Positions 1 through 10,789 of a stretch of 64,000 bases of DNA are shown here, one piece after another. The notes under the pieces were generated by a model that saw only the letters and a list, made by a program, of their open reading frames with translations, did no database searches and had not been told where the DNA came from. Origin of the DNA: Macrostomum lignano (lineage: Eukaryota); NCBI GenBank assembly GCA_002269645.1, contig NIVC01001676.1:62001-126000 (forward strand), given 5' to 3'. Made by a program: the position numbers and the translations under genes. The stretch's first letter is position 1. The number at the start of each line of letters is the position of its first letter.

Positions 1-3000
1 AGCAGCCCAACCTGAAGACTCTGAGCAGCCCAACCTGAAGACTCTGAGCAGCCAACCTGAAGACTCTGAGCAGCCCAACCTGAAGACTCTGAGCAGCCCA
101 ACCTGAAGACTCTGAGCAGCCAACCTGAAGACTCTGAGCAGCCCAACCTGAAGACTCTGAGCAGCCCAACCTGAAGACTCTGAGCAGCCAACCTGAAGAC
201 TCTGAGCAGCCAACCTGAAGACTCTGAGCAGCCAACCTGAAGACTCTGAGCAGCCCAACCTGAAGACTCTGAGCAGCCCAACCTGAAGACTCTGAGCAGC
301 CAACCTGAAGACTCTGAGCAGCCCAACCTGAAGACTCTGAGCAGCCCAACCTGAAGACTCTGAGCAGCCCAACCTGAAGACTCTGAGCAGCTCAACCTGA
401 AGACTCTGAGCAGCCAACCTGAAGACTCTGAGCAGCCCAACCTGAAGACTCTGAGCAGCCCAACCTGAAGACTCTGAGCAGCCCAACCTGAAGACTCTGA
501 GCAGCCCAACCTGAAGACTCTGAGCAGCCCAACCTGAAGACTCTGAGCAGCCCAACCTGAAGACTCTGAGCAGCCAACCTGAAGACTCTGAGCAGCTCAA
601 CCTGAAGACTCTGAGCAGCCCAACCTGAAGACTCTGAGCAGCCCAACCTGAAGACTCTGAGCAGCCCAACCTGAAGACTCTGAGCAGCCCAACCTGAAGA
701 CTCTGAGCAGCCAACCTGAAGACTCTGAGCAGCCCAACCTGAAGACTCTGAGCAGCCCAACCTGAAGACTCTGAGCAGCCCAACCTGAAGACTCTGAGCA
801 GCCAACCTGAAGACTCTGAGCAGCCAACCTGAAGACTCTGAGCAGCCCAACCTGAAGACTCTGAGCAGCCCAACCTGAAGACTCTGAGCAGCCCAACCTG
901 AAGACTCTGAGCAGCCCAACCTGAAGACTCTGAGCAGCCCAACCTGAAGACTCTGAGCAGCCCAACCTGAAGACTCTGAGCAGAAGACTCTGAGCAGCTC
1001 AACCTGAAGACTCTGAGCAGCCCAACCTGAAGACTCTGAGCAGCCCAACCTGAAGACTCTGAGCAGCCCAACCTGAAGACTCTGAGCAGCCCAACCTGAA
1101 GACTCTGAGCAGCCCAACCTGAAGACTCTGAGCAGCCCAACCTGAAGACTCTGAGCAGCTCAACCTGAAGACTCTGAGCAGCTCAACCTGAAGACTCTGA
1201 GCAGCCCAACCTGAAGACTCTGAGCAGCCCAACCTGAAGACTCTGAGCAGCTCAACCTGAAGACTCTGAGCAGCCCAACCTGAAGACTCTGAGCAGCCCA
1301 ACCTGAAGACTCTGAGCAGCCCAACCTGAAGACTCTGAGCAGCTCAACCTGAAGACTCTGAGCAGCCCAACCTGAAGACTCTGAGCAGCCCAACCTGAAG
1401 ACTCTGAGCAGCCCAACCTGAAGACTCTGAGCAGCTCAACCTGAAGACTCTGAGCAGCTCAACCTGAAGACTCTGAGCAGCCCAACCTGAAGACTCTGAG
1501 CAGCCCAACCTGAAGACTCTGAGCAGCCCAACCTGAAGACTCTGAGCAGCCCAACCTGAAGACTCTGAGCAGCCCAACCTGAAGACTCTGAGCAGCCCAA
1601 CCTGAAGACTCTGAGCAGCCCAACCTGAAGACTCTGAGCAGCTCAACCTGAAGACTCTGAGCAGCCCAACCTGAAGACTCTGAGCAGCCCAACCTGAAGA
1701 CTCTGAGCAGCTCAACCTGAAGACTCTGAGCAGCCCAACCTGAAGACTCTGAGCAGCCCAACCTGAAGACTCTGAGCAGCCCAACCTGAAGACTCTGAGC
1801 AGCCCAACCTGAAGACTCTGAGCAGCCCAACCTGAAGACTCTGAGCAGCTCAACCTGAAGACTCTGAGCAGCCCAACCTGAAGACTCTGAGCAGCCCAAC
1901 CTGAAGACTCTGAGCAGCCCAACCTGAAGACTCTGAGCAGCTCAACCTGAAGACTCTGAGCAGCCCAACCTGAAGACTCTGAGCAGCCCAACCTGAAGAC
2001 TCTGAGCAGCTCAACCTGAAGACTCTGAGCAGCCCAACCTGAAGACTCTGAGCAGCTCAACCTGAAGACTCTGAGCAGCCCAACCTGAAGACTCTGAGCA
2101 GCCCAACCTGAAGACTCTGAGCAGCTCAACCTGAAGACTCTGAGCAGCCCAACCTGAAGACTCTGAGCAGCCCAACCTGAACAACCTGAGTAGCCCAACC
2201 TGAAGACTCTGAGCAGCTCAACCTGAAGACTCTGAGCAGCTCAACCTGAAGACTCTGAGCAGCTCAACCTGAAGACTCTGAGCAGCTCAACCTGAAGACT
2301 CTGAGCAGCCCAACCTGAAGACTCTGAGCAGCCCAACCTGAAGACTCTGAGCAGCTCAACCTGAAGACTCTGAGCAGCCCAACCTGAAGACTCTGAGCAG
2401 CCCAACCTGAAGACTCTGAGCAGCCCAACCTGAAGACTCTGAGCAGCCCAACCTGAAGACTCTGAGCAGCTCAACCTGAAGACTCTGAGCAGCTCAACCT
2501 GAAGACTCTGAGCAGCCCAACCTGAAGACTCTGAGCAGCCCAACCTGAAGACTCTGAGAAGCTCAACCTGAAGACTCTGAGCAGCCCAACCTGAAGACTC
2601 TGAGCAGCCCAACCTGAAGACTCTGAGCAGCCCAACCTGAAGACTCTGAGCAGCTCAACCTGAAGACTCTGAGCAGCTCAACCTGAAGACTCTGAGCAGC
2701 CCAACCTGAAGACTCTGAGCAGCCCAACCTGAAGACTCTGAGCAGCCCAACCTGAAGACTCTGAGCAGCCCAACCTGAAGACTCTGAGCAGCTCAACCTG
2801 AAGACTCTGAGCAGCTCAACCTGAAGACTCTGAGCAGCCCAACCTGAAGACTCTGAGCAGCCCAACCTGAAGACTCTGAGCAGCTTAACCTGAAGACTCT
2901 GAGCAGCTCAACCTGAAGACTCTGAGCAGCTCAACCTGAAGACTCTGAACAGCTCAACCTGAAGACTCTGAGCAGCTCAACCTGAAGACTCTGAGCAGCC

Positions 3001-3232
3001 CAACCTGAAGACTCTGAGCAGCTCAACCTGAAGACTCTGAGCAGCTCAACCTGAAGACTCTGAGCAGCCCAACCTGAAGAATCTGAGCAGCTCAACCTGA
3101 AGACTCTGAGCAGCCCAACCTGAAGACTCTGAGCAGCCCAACCTGAAGACTCTGAGCAGCCCAACCTGAAGACTCTGAGCAGCTCAACCTGAAGACTCTG
3201 AGCAGCTCAACCTGAAGACTCTGAGTAGCCCA
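1..3232. repeat. 23-bp minisatellite (AGCAGCCCAACCTGAAGACTCTG)n, about 140 copies, in a TATDN1 intron
   Basis: Unit read directly; C/T and 1-bp deletion variants; lies just downstream of the TATDN1 donor at about 3302 on the minus strand. Confidence 0.97.
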
Positions 3233-3302
3233 GGGAAGGCAACCTGGGAGCCCACTAAACAGTCTCTAAATACACCAAAATCACCCAGCTGGCCAAACCA
3301 AC

Positions 3303-3458
3303 CGGAAGTGTCGCATCTGCACCTCCCTGGGTGCAAAGTGCTCCCTATCGTAGTCCAGCCCGGTCTCTGCCACGGCCGACACCAGATCCCTGTTGGCCTC
3401 CACCAGCTGCCGCAGTGAGTTCAGGTAGCCGGCCGGGTCCGACTCCATCTCTGATGAC
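3303..3458 (-). CDS. TATDN1: TatD-family DNase, coding exon 2 (gene continues beyond window start)
   Basis: Translates (R)SSEMESDPAGYLNSLRQLVEANRDLVSAVAETGLDYDREHFAPREVQMRHF, matching the TATDN1 VAIGECGLDFDR...TQLKYF block; AG acceptor at 3460-3459 in phase with exon 1; donor position approximate. Confidence 0.85.
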
Positions 3459-3639
3459 CTGTCGTTGCAGGAAATTCAACAAGAAATTAACAATTTGTTG
3501 ATACGATAAAATCAAGATCGTCAAGCTAATTTATAGGTTGCTAAGCAAGCAGGATGACTTCAGCTGGTTACTTAGCAACAGGTATGAGAAAGTCACTTTT
3601 CGTCGATGAACGCCTTTTAATTTCGTAACTAGGTAATTT

Positions 3640-3870
3640 TTTGGTTGCTAAGGCACGGTTACGACCGTAGCTACTGCCAGTTTGGGTTGCTAAGCAACGG
3701 TTACAACCGTAGCTACTGCCATTTTGGGTTGCTAAGCAACGGTTACGATCGTAGCTACTGCCAATTTGGGTTGCTAAGCAACGGTTACGACCGTAGCTAC
3801 TGCCAATTTGGGTTGCTAAGCAACGGTTACGACCGTAGCTACTGCCTATTTGGGTTGCTAAGCAACGGCT
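3640..3870. repeat. 42-bp minisatellite containing the palindrome GTTGCTAAGCAAC, in TATDN1 intron 1
   Basis: Palindrome at 3686, 3728, 3770, 3812 and 3853, period about 42. Confidence 0.93.
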
Positions 3871-3971
3871 GTGGCCATTGCTAAGGCGATTTCAAGAAGT
3901 TGCTAAGGGACTTTTATAGTTGTACCTAAGGCTCACTCTAGTTGCTAAGCAACATTTGGCCCGACACGGAC

Positions 3972-4249
3972 CTGGTGGGGTGACAGCCGACTGTGCAGGT
4001 CAGTCGCACCTGACGGTCCCCGCCGGCTGTCAGCTGGTCGCGGCAGAGGTGCAGCGCCGCTTTACTCTCCGACAAGCTGCCGCCGGTGACGATGATTCGC
4101 TCGACGCCGACTTCGTTCGCCCGACGCAATACAGCGTCGAAGTCGTCCTGGTGAAGCTGGCGGCCGCGATAAACGCCGCGGAACACCGGGTCAGTCAGGT
4201 TCGCGCCGATGTCGATGAAGCGGTACTGCGGCCGCGGCCCCGAAGCCAT
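3972..4249 (-). CDS. TATDN1: TatD-family DNase, coding exon 1
   Basis: [29 protein letters not shown]...[11 protein letters not shown]...TVGCHPTR has the TATDN1 DIGxNLTD and GCHPTR motifs; GT donor at 3971-3970. Confidence 0.92.
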
Positions 4250-4287
4250 GCTGTGCAGAGCTGTGTAAGCCGAGCAGGGAATGAAGT

Positions 4288-4742
4288 GTGTGTTCAGTGA
4301 CAGATTCTGTTTGTGTTCAGTGACAGATTCTGCCTGTGTTCAGTGACAGATCCTGTCTGTTCAGTGACAGATTGTGTGTTCAGTGACAGATTCTGCCTGT
4401 GCTCAGTGACAGATTGTGTTCAGTGATAGATTCTGCCTGTGTTCAGTGACAGATTCTGCCTGTGTTCAGTGACAGATTCTGTGTTCAGTGACAGATTCTG
4501 TGTTCAGTGACAGATTCTGTGTTCAGTGACAGATTCTGTCTGTGTTCAGTGACAGATTCTGTGTTCAGTGACAGATTCTGCCTGTGTTCAGTGACAGATT
4601 CTGTGTTCAGTGACAGATTCTGCCTGTGTTCAGTGACAGATTTTGTGTTCAGTGATAGATTCTGCCTGTGTTCAGTGACAGATTCTGTGTTCAGTGACAG
4701 ATTCTGCCTGTGTTCAGTAACAGGTTCTGTCAGTGTTCAGTG
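4288..4742. repeat. 19/23-bp alternating minisatellite (TGTTCAGTGACAGATTCTG with or without CCTG)
   Basis: Read directly; the 42-bp dimer period explains the 14-aa repeat ORF at 4507. Confidence 0.93.
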
Positions 4743-4803
4743 CTGAATTCACTACCCAGAACCCAGGTTCCTCTGGTGCTGAAGCACGCAGGTGCACACT
4801 TAC

Positions 4804-4894
4804 CTTCGAAATCCAAAGCAAGTGCACAACGACCAGCTGAAGCAACAGTGAGCAGTTTAGCTAATGCTGATGTAACGATGCTCTGAGTCCTAAG
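4804..4894 (-). CDS. Putative upstream TATDN1 exon (in-frame N-terminal extension or 5'UTR)
   Basis: TTTCAG acceptor at 4895 and GTAAGT donor at 4803; splicing to the AG at 4262-4261 stays in frame with the ATG at 4249. Confidence 0.35.
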
Positions 4895-5666
4895 CTGAAA
4901 CAGAATGCATTGAAGGATGCTCTGAGCGAATGTAAACACCCCCTACCTGCCTTCTACTACACAATAAGCACTCCATTGCTACCTAGCTCAGATACAGCCT
5001 GAACTAAATTAGGCAACCCGATGAAACTCCATTCAGTTTAACAGAAATAAAAATCAACAAAGAAGCAAATCAATTGACTTGATATTTCAAAAATAATTTT
5101 TGTGACAATTGCTGGGTCAAAGAATCAGGTAAGCAGGCACCCTTTATTTAAGCAGGTTTCATTTATTTAATTAACGGTAATATGAAAATCCAAGAAAAAT
5201 AAAATTAAGTGAGCACAAAGACTAACTCTCGATTAAGGAAATAGCTGAAGGTTAATGGAGAAGTAACTAAAAATACAGTACATCATTTACAGATTGTGTC
5301 ATTTGATACTCGATAGTTACTAAAATATTACTGGAGTACAAATCTATATACTCGTAACTAAGCCAATTAGCCATATTTTTACTATTGTACTCGTAATTGC
5401 ATTTATAAGCGGCGAATCATGAAGCATTTAAATAATGCTGAGGCTATTTTTAGATTAGGTGTACATCTGGATAGGAAGACATGTTTTAGATTAAGTGTAC
5501 AATGCAACATGTACATTGGGAGAGGATGTTGCTGTTGCTATTTTTAGATTAGTGTACATGTACACTGGGGAGAGAAAATGCTGTTGCTATTTTTAGATTG
5601 CACGCCTATTTTTAGTTAATGATCGTCTTAAAAAGGAATAAAATATAGGAGCACCCCCTAGTATAA

Positions 5667-5932
5667 GGGTTGTAGCCTAGTGGTTAGTGTTGGACTCACG
5701 ACTTGAAGGTCAGGGGTTCGATTCCCGATCCCACTGGACACTATTTGTGTCCTTGAGCAAGACGCTTAACTCTGTGCATTGCTTCAGTTCACCCAGCTCT
5801 AACATGGGTGCGTGTTGTGACCCCCCGTCCATGGACTGAACAGCCTTCAGATGCGCCGCGCAATAGCTGCGGCTGAGCTGTTGGTTGCACACCTGACCCT
5901 ATTGGGGCCGGTGTAATCAATTATAATTATGT
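5667..5932 (+). mobile_element. tRNA-derived SINE with CORE-like central domain
   Basis: Pol III A box TAGCCTAGTGG (about 5673) and B box GGTTCGATTCC (5715-5725), then GTGTCCTTGAGCAAGACGCTTAACTCTGTGCATTGCTTCAGTTCACCCAGCTCTAACATGGG resembling the MIR/CORE consensus; short AT-rich tail. Confidence 0.8.
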
Positions 5933-6600
5933 TATCATTAAAAAGAACGTATACAATAGTGAACTCCCAAACGAGTATGAACAAAATAATTCGAAAATTA
6001 TGAATATGAACAACAATTTGGCAGCATATAATCGAACTAATGAAACCTTAGCAAACAGACGCATTGAGCTTTCTGGATAAAGCGTCAAGCGTCATGTGGA
6101 GAGGAAATGGGTTATAAAATCGACAAGAAGGAATAGAACAGCCAATTAGATCTGCTGGGAAGTAAAAATATTGGATACAAAAATAGCCAACAAGCAGTAC
6201 CTGAAAAAATATTAAGCTTGATGTGACTCCTTCACTAAAAAGCGCAAGTATAACTTTGACAGACATGAAAAGGAAAAACGGCTCCAAAAATCATGAAAGT
6301 ACAATATGCACTTACGGGAAGAGAGCCAGGTTAGTGAGGTTAAACAAAAAGACAGGAACACCGCCTTTATACAGACAATGAATTGCATTGCATTTTTATT
6401 GGAGATAAAAATTAGATATGCACAGTTAATAAATTAATTCATTTGCAAAGCATATTACTAGAAAAATATTATGGCAATCTCTGAACAATCAAGTAAAAAA
6501 CCCATGCCCCTCGATAGATGAAAAATTAAAGTATACAATAGCACTTTAAATAAAAATAGCACAAAAACGCTTTGACTTAGGAGAGACAAAGGAGATGAGG

Positions 6601-6771
6601 TCAGGCTTCAGACTCCTCTCTGAGCATGCCCTGCTCAATTTCGAGCTGCCTGCTGGCGAGTGCGCAGCGCAAGTCGTGAAATTTTTTACGAATATTCCGC
6701 TCGTGCTGCTGCTGCTCCAGGCTGAGGATCTGTAGGAAGTTCAGCAGCTCCGGGACGCTGAACAGATCCCA
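6601..6771 (-). CDS. RASSF1/3/5-like protein, last exon (SARAH domain)
   Basis: WDLFSVPELLNFLQILSLEQQQHERNIRKKF...* matches the RASSF SARAH WDAFSxPELxNFLxIL; TTTCCTCAG acceptor; TGA at 6603-6601. Confidence 0.9.
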   Translation of the reverse strand, partial: WDLFSVPELLNFLQILSLEQQQHERNIRKKFHDLRCALASRQLEIEQGMLREESEA

Positions 6772-6924
6772 CTGAGGAAATTGGGATGCGATTTGCAAAC
6801 TTTTGAAATCTGTACTAGAACGGTGGGCTTAAAAGACTACCAGGGAGATTTTATTTTCTGATTTGCTCCTGATAATTGTTTTCTACCGGGAAGTAACGAA
6901 AAGCACGTAATACTCGTATTTAAT

Positions 6925-7880
6925 CAGTGTACCCTTCCATATGTACCTTACCCTCCGCCTACCCTTCCCTCTGTACCCTCCGCCTACCCTCCCCTCTGTA
7001 CCCTCCGCCTACCCTCCCCTCTGTACCCTCCGCCTACCCTCCCCTCTGTACCCTCCCCCTACCCTCGCCTCTGTACCCTCCGCCTACCCTCCCCTCTGTA
7101 CCCTCCGCCTACCCTCCCCTCTGTACCCTCCCCCTACCCTCGCCTCTGTACCCTCCGCCTACCCTCCCCTCTGTACCCTCCGCCTACCCTCCCCTCTGTA
7201 CCCTCCCCCTACCCTCGCCTCTGTACCCTCCGCCTACCCTCTCCTCTGTACCCTCCGCCTACCCTCCCCTCTGTACCCTCCCCCTACCCTCGCCTCTGTA
7301 CCCTCCGCCTACCCTCTCCTCTGTACCCTCCGCCTACCCTCCCCTCTGTACCCTCCGCCTACCCTCCCCTCTGTACCCTCCGCCTACCCTCCCCTCTGTA
7401 CCCTCCGCCTACCCTCCCCTCTGTACCCTCCGCCTACCCTCCCCTCTGTACCCTCCGCCTACCCTCTCCTCTGTACCCTCCGCCTACCCTCCCCTCTGTA
7501 CCCTCCGCCTACCCTCCCCTCTGTACCCTCCCCCTACCCTCGCATCTGTACCCTCCGCCTACCCTCCCCTCTGTACCCTCCGCCTACCCTCCCCTCTGTA
7601 CCCTCCGCCTACCCTCCCCTCTGTACCCTCCGCCTACCCTCTCCTCTGTACCCTCCGCCTACCCTCCCCTCTGTGACCCTTCGCCTACCCTCCCCTCCCC
7701 TCTGTACCCTCCGCCTACCCTCCCTCTGTACCCTCCACCCACTCCTCCCCTCTGTACCCTCCACCCACTCCTCCTCCCCTCTGTACCCTCCGCCTACCCT
7801 CCCCTCTTTACCCTCTCTTAGCCCCTCTTTACCCTCTCTTATCCCCTCTTTACCCTCTTTACCCTCTCTTATCCCCTCTT
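6925..7880. repeat. 25-bp C-rich minisatellite (CTGTACCCTCCGCCTACCCTCCCCT)n, RASSF intron
   Basis: Read directly; degenerates into CCCTCTTTA units at about 7800-7880. Confidence 0.95.
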
Positions 7881-7985
7881 TACCCTCTTATCTTTCCGCT
7901 TCTAAACTATTCTGAATAGTCACGGGAAGCCACCTTGAGCAACCCTTACTGGGCAGTAGAACAAAGGCGGGGCCGCTGCACTCAC

Positions 7986-8125
7986 ATCAATACTAGACGT
8001 GTCAGTTTCCTGCAGGACAAACCTCCGCCTATCGAATGCGGTCCGCATCTCAGCTGGCGGCAGGGTGGTCCAGGACAGCAGAATCTCCAGCGGCTTCTCC
8101 TGGGGATGCAGGCGGCGAACTTCGA
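7986..8125 (-). CDS. RASSF-like protein, exon encoding the RA-domain C-terminus
   Basis: (V)EVRRLHPQEKPLEILLSW...RRRFVLQETDTSSID aligns to RASSF1 RKLLDDEQPL...SFVLKEND; AG at 8127-8126, GTGAGT donor at 7985; phases fit both neighbouring exons. Confidence 0.85.
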
Positions 8126-8389
8126 CTGCCGACAAATTAGGTTCGGGTTCGGGTTCGGGTCAGCAGTCAATTCATGGCAACTTAGCCCCCCTCCCCCACG
8201 ACTCCGAATTCCCATCTCGTAAAATCCCTCCTAACGAGGAATTCCTCAGCTCTATAAAATCTTCTCTTAACGCGGATTCCCCTATTTTAAAATTCCTCCA
8301 ACGCGATTCACATCTTAAACCCCCCTACAGCGGAATTCCCAAACTTGAAAATCCCCCAACGTGGAATTCCCATCCCGAAATTCTCCTCC

Positions 8390-8650
8390 CTTAAAGCGGA
8401 ATTCCCCATCTCTTCCCTTGACGCGGAATTCCCCAGCTCTTCCCTTGACGCGGAATTCCCCATCTCTTCCCTTGACGCGGAATTCCCCAGCTCTTCCCTT
8501 GACGCGGAATTCCCCAGCTCATCCCTTGACGCGGAATTCCCCATCTCTTCCCTTGACGCGGAATTCCCCAGCTCTTCCCTTGACGCGGAATTCCCCAGCT
8601 CTTCCCTTGACGCGGAATTCTCCAGCTCTTCCCTTGACGCGGAATTCCGA
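8390..8650. repeat. 27-bp minisatellite (CTTCCCTTGACGCGGAATTCCCCAGCT)n with degenerate GGAATTCC flanks (about 8200-8820)
   Basis: Read directly; one EcoRI site per unit. Confidence 0.92.
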
Positions 8651-9338
8651 AAGTTTAAAATCCTCTAAACGCGGGATTTCCCAGCTATAAAATCCCCCCT
8701 CCAGTACGGAATTCCCAAGAGAAACTATTCAACGAGGAATTCCCTAAGAGAAAATTTTCCCAACAGGGAATTACCAAACTCGAAACCACCCCCAAAAATG
8801 CGGAATTCCCCCAGTGAAAAATACGAGCTGCTCGGAATAAAATCAAATACACAAAAAATTAAATGCTTATATCTAGGTATGTGATGTAAAAGATTTAAAA
8901 ATATATATACTAATATTAAAAGCTCTTTCCACATCTTTCACTGAGCCACAAGATCCGCAGGCTGTCACTAAAAGGCAACTAATTTCACCATGTGAAAGCT
9001 TGCGTACACAATCACAAGATTAAATTAAAAGTGAAAGAGCTATAAAATGCGTGGACTAATTAAAATATTCATCAACTTAGCCGATGGGTATACAGCTACC
9101 ACACCCGCTAATAGAGAATATCAAGAACGTATTAACATAAACCGTCATGTGTTTATATACTAGTTAATAAAACTATAAAAAGGTAATCGGCGGGAGCAAC
9201 TAGGACCGCTTGAAAACATAATGAATGCCTCGTTATCTAATTAGTTTATATATATAAAGTTAAGGTAAACGGCTGGAGCAAATATACCAGTTTTAAACAA
9301 TATAACGCCTCGCCATCTAACAAGTCACCAATGCTCAC

Positions 9339-10203
9339 CGGTACAGTCACCTCGCACAGTGTGCAAATAGAGGCCAAACTTATGCGCCGGATCCTTGATG
9401 CGCAGCTTGGCCAGCAACTGCCAGACGACTTCGTCGGCGCCGAGGTCGCTAGACAGGCCGTGCAGCAGGCAGGCGTGGCCCCTCGGTAGGAAAAACGTGG
9501 CCGCCGGCTTGTCGGAGTGCACGGGTCGCATCAGGTTGACGTGGACTCGAAGGGAGCCGCGAAACCTCAACTGCTGCTGCTGCTGTTGCTGGGACAGGTG
9601 GTGCAGGTGGTGCTGGCTGTGCGGATGCGACGAGGACGCAGCGGACTGGACGCGAAACTCCTGGCCAGGCAGGCGCTCGGACAGCAGAAACAGGTGCGCG
9701 CCCAGCTTCTCCGGGGTCCAAGCGGCGAAGAAGCTTCGAACTTTGCTGCCGCCGCCGCCGCCACCGGATTCCATTGACGGCCTCGTCGGTGTCACCAGGC
9801 GGATGCCGGTGCGATCGATGAGCCGCGAGTCCAGGCTGCTCAGCGTGTAGGACCGGTCGGCGGGGAAGCCGGCTGTCAGCAGCAGCTCCTTGGCGGTGAC
9901 GAATGCCGAGTCGTCGTCAGGGTTGAAGTCAGCGGAGAGGTCGTCGTCGGTGGCGGCGGCCGTGTTCTCGTCAGTTACAACACCGGGCGAGCTGTCGGCC
10001 TCGTGGCAGGCGACGCCGATGCCTGCAGCAGCGCAGTCGGCGTGGCAGGTGGCGCTGCAGCGTCGGCAGCTGACCAGCGAGTCGCCGAGGGCCGCCCGGC
10101 CGCAGGCGTCGCAGGCGGTCGGTTTGTCTAGGCTGCGAGGCTCGAACTTGTGACCGCCTTGGGTGTCGCGACCGGAGCCTGATGGATCGAATGGGGGATT
10201 CGT
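9339..10203 (-). CDS. RASSF-like protein, exon encoding the C1 zinc finger and RA-domain N-terminus
   Basis: Open frame with HKFEPRSLDKPTACDACGRAALGDSLVSCRRCSATCHADC...C (C1 spacing) and VHVNLMRPV...TFFLPRG...LLAKLRIKDPAHKFGLY (RA); GTGAGC donor at 9338; 5' boundary either 10203 or 10178. Confidence 0.88.
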
Positions 10204-10204
10204 C

Positions 10205-10650
10205 TAGATCTGGGAGGGTAGCATGGGATCTGGGAGGGTAGCATGGAATCTGAGAGGGTAGCATGGGATCTGCGAGGGTAGCAAGAGATCTGGGAGGGTA
10301 GCATGGGATCTGAGAGGGTAGCATGGGATCTGGGAGGGTAGCATGGGATCTGGGAGGGTAGCAAGGGATCTGGGAGGGTAGCAAGGGATCTGGGAGGGTA
10401 GCAAGGGATCTGCGAGGGTCGCATGGGATCTGGGAGAGTAGCATGAGATCTGGGAGTGTAGCAAGGGATCTGGGAGGGTAGCATGGGATCTGGGAGGGTA
10501 GCATGGGATCTGAAAGGGTAGCAAGGGATCTGGGAGGGTAGCAAGGGATCTGGGAGAGTAGCAAGGGATCTGGGAGGGTAGCAAGGGATCTGGGAGGGTC
10601 GCATGGGATCTGGGAGGGTAGCATGGGATCTGGGAGGGTATCATGGGAAC
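10205..10650. repeat. 20-bp minisatellite (GCATGGGATCTGGGAGGGTA)n, RASSF intron
   Basis: Read directly; about 22 copies. Confidence 0.95.
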
Positions 10651-10753
10651 TGGGAATGTACTATATACTGGTCCATAAAAAAGACCACAGAAAGATCTGA
10701 GTATTATAGAATTTGTACAAACTAAGTCAACTTATTTAAAATGAAAGTTCTAC

Positions 10754-10789
10754 CTGGCTGACTTGTATTGGCCTGGTTGGTCTTGCCAT
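10754..10789 (-). CDS. Candidate first coding exon of the RASSF-like gene (MARPTRPIQVSQ)
   Basis: ACCATGG start and CAG|GTAGAA donor, phase 0, compatible with the acceptor at 10203; no homology support. Confidence 0.25.

Noticed and set aside
392-3164. Long periodic ORFs (GCSESSGWAAQSLQV...)
   Set aside because: They are translations of the intronic 23-bp array, and the frames break wherever a 22-bp unit occurs
3640-3870. CRISPR-like regular palindromic repeats (also considered for the 27-, 30- and 33-bp arrays)
   Set aside because: Units are head-to-tail with near-identical inter-repeat sequence, there are no unique spacers or cas genes, and the context is a eukaryotic intron
5667-5740. 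tRNA gene
   Set aside because: A and B boxes are present, but the 5' GGGTTGT has no complementary 3' acceptor strand and the sequence continues into a SINE core
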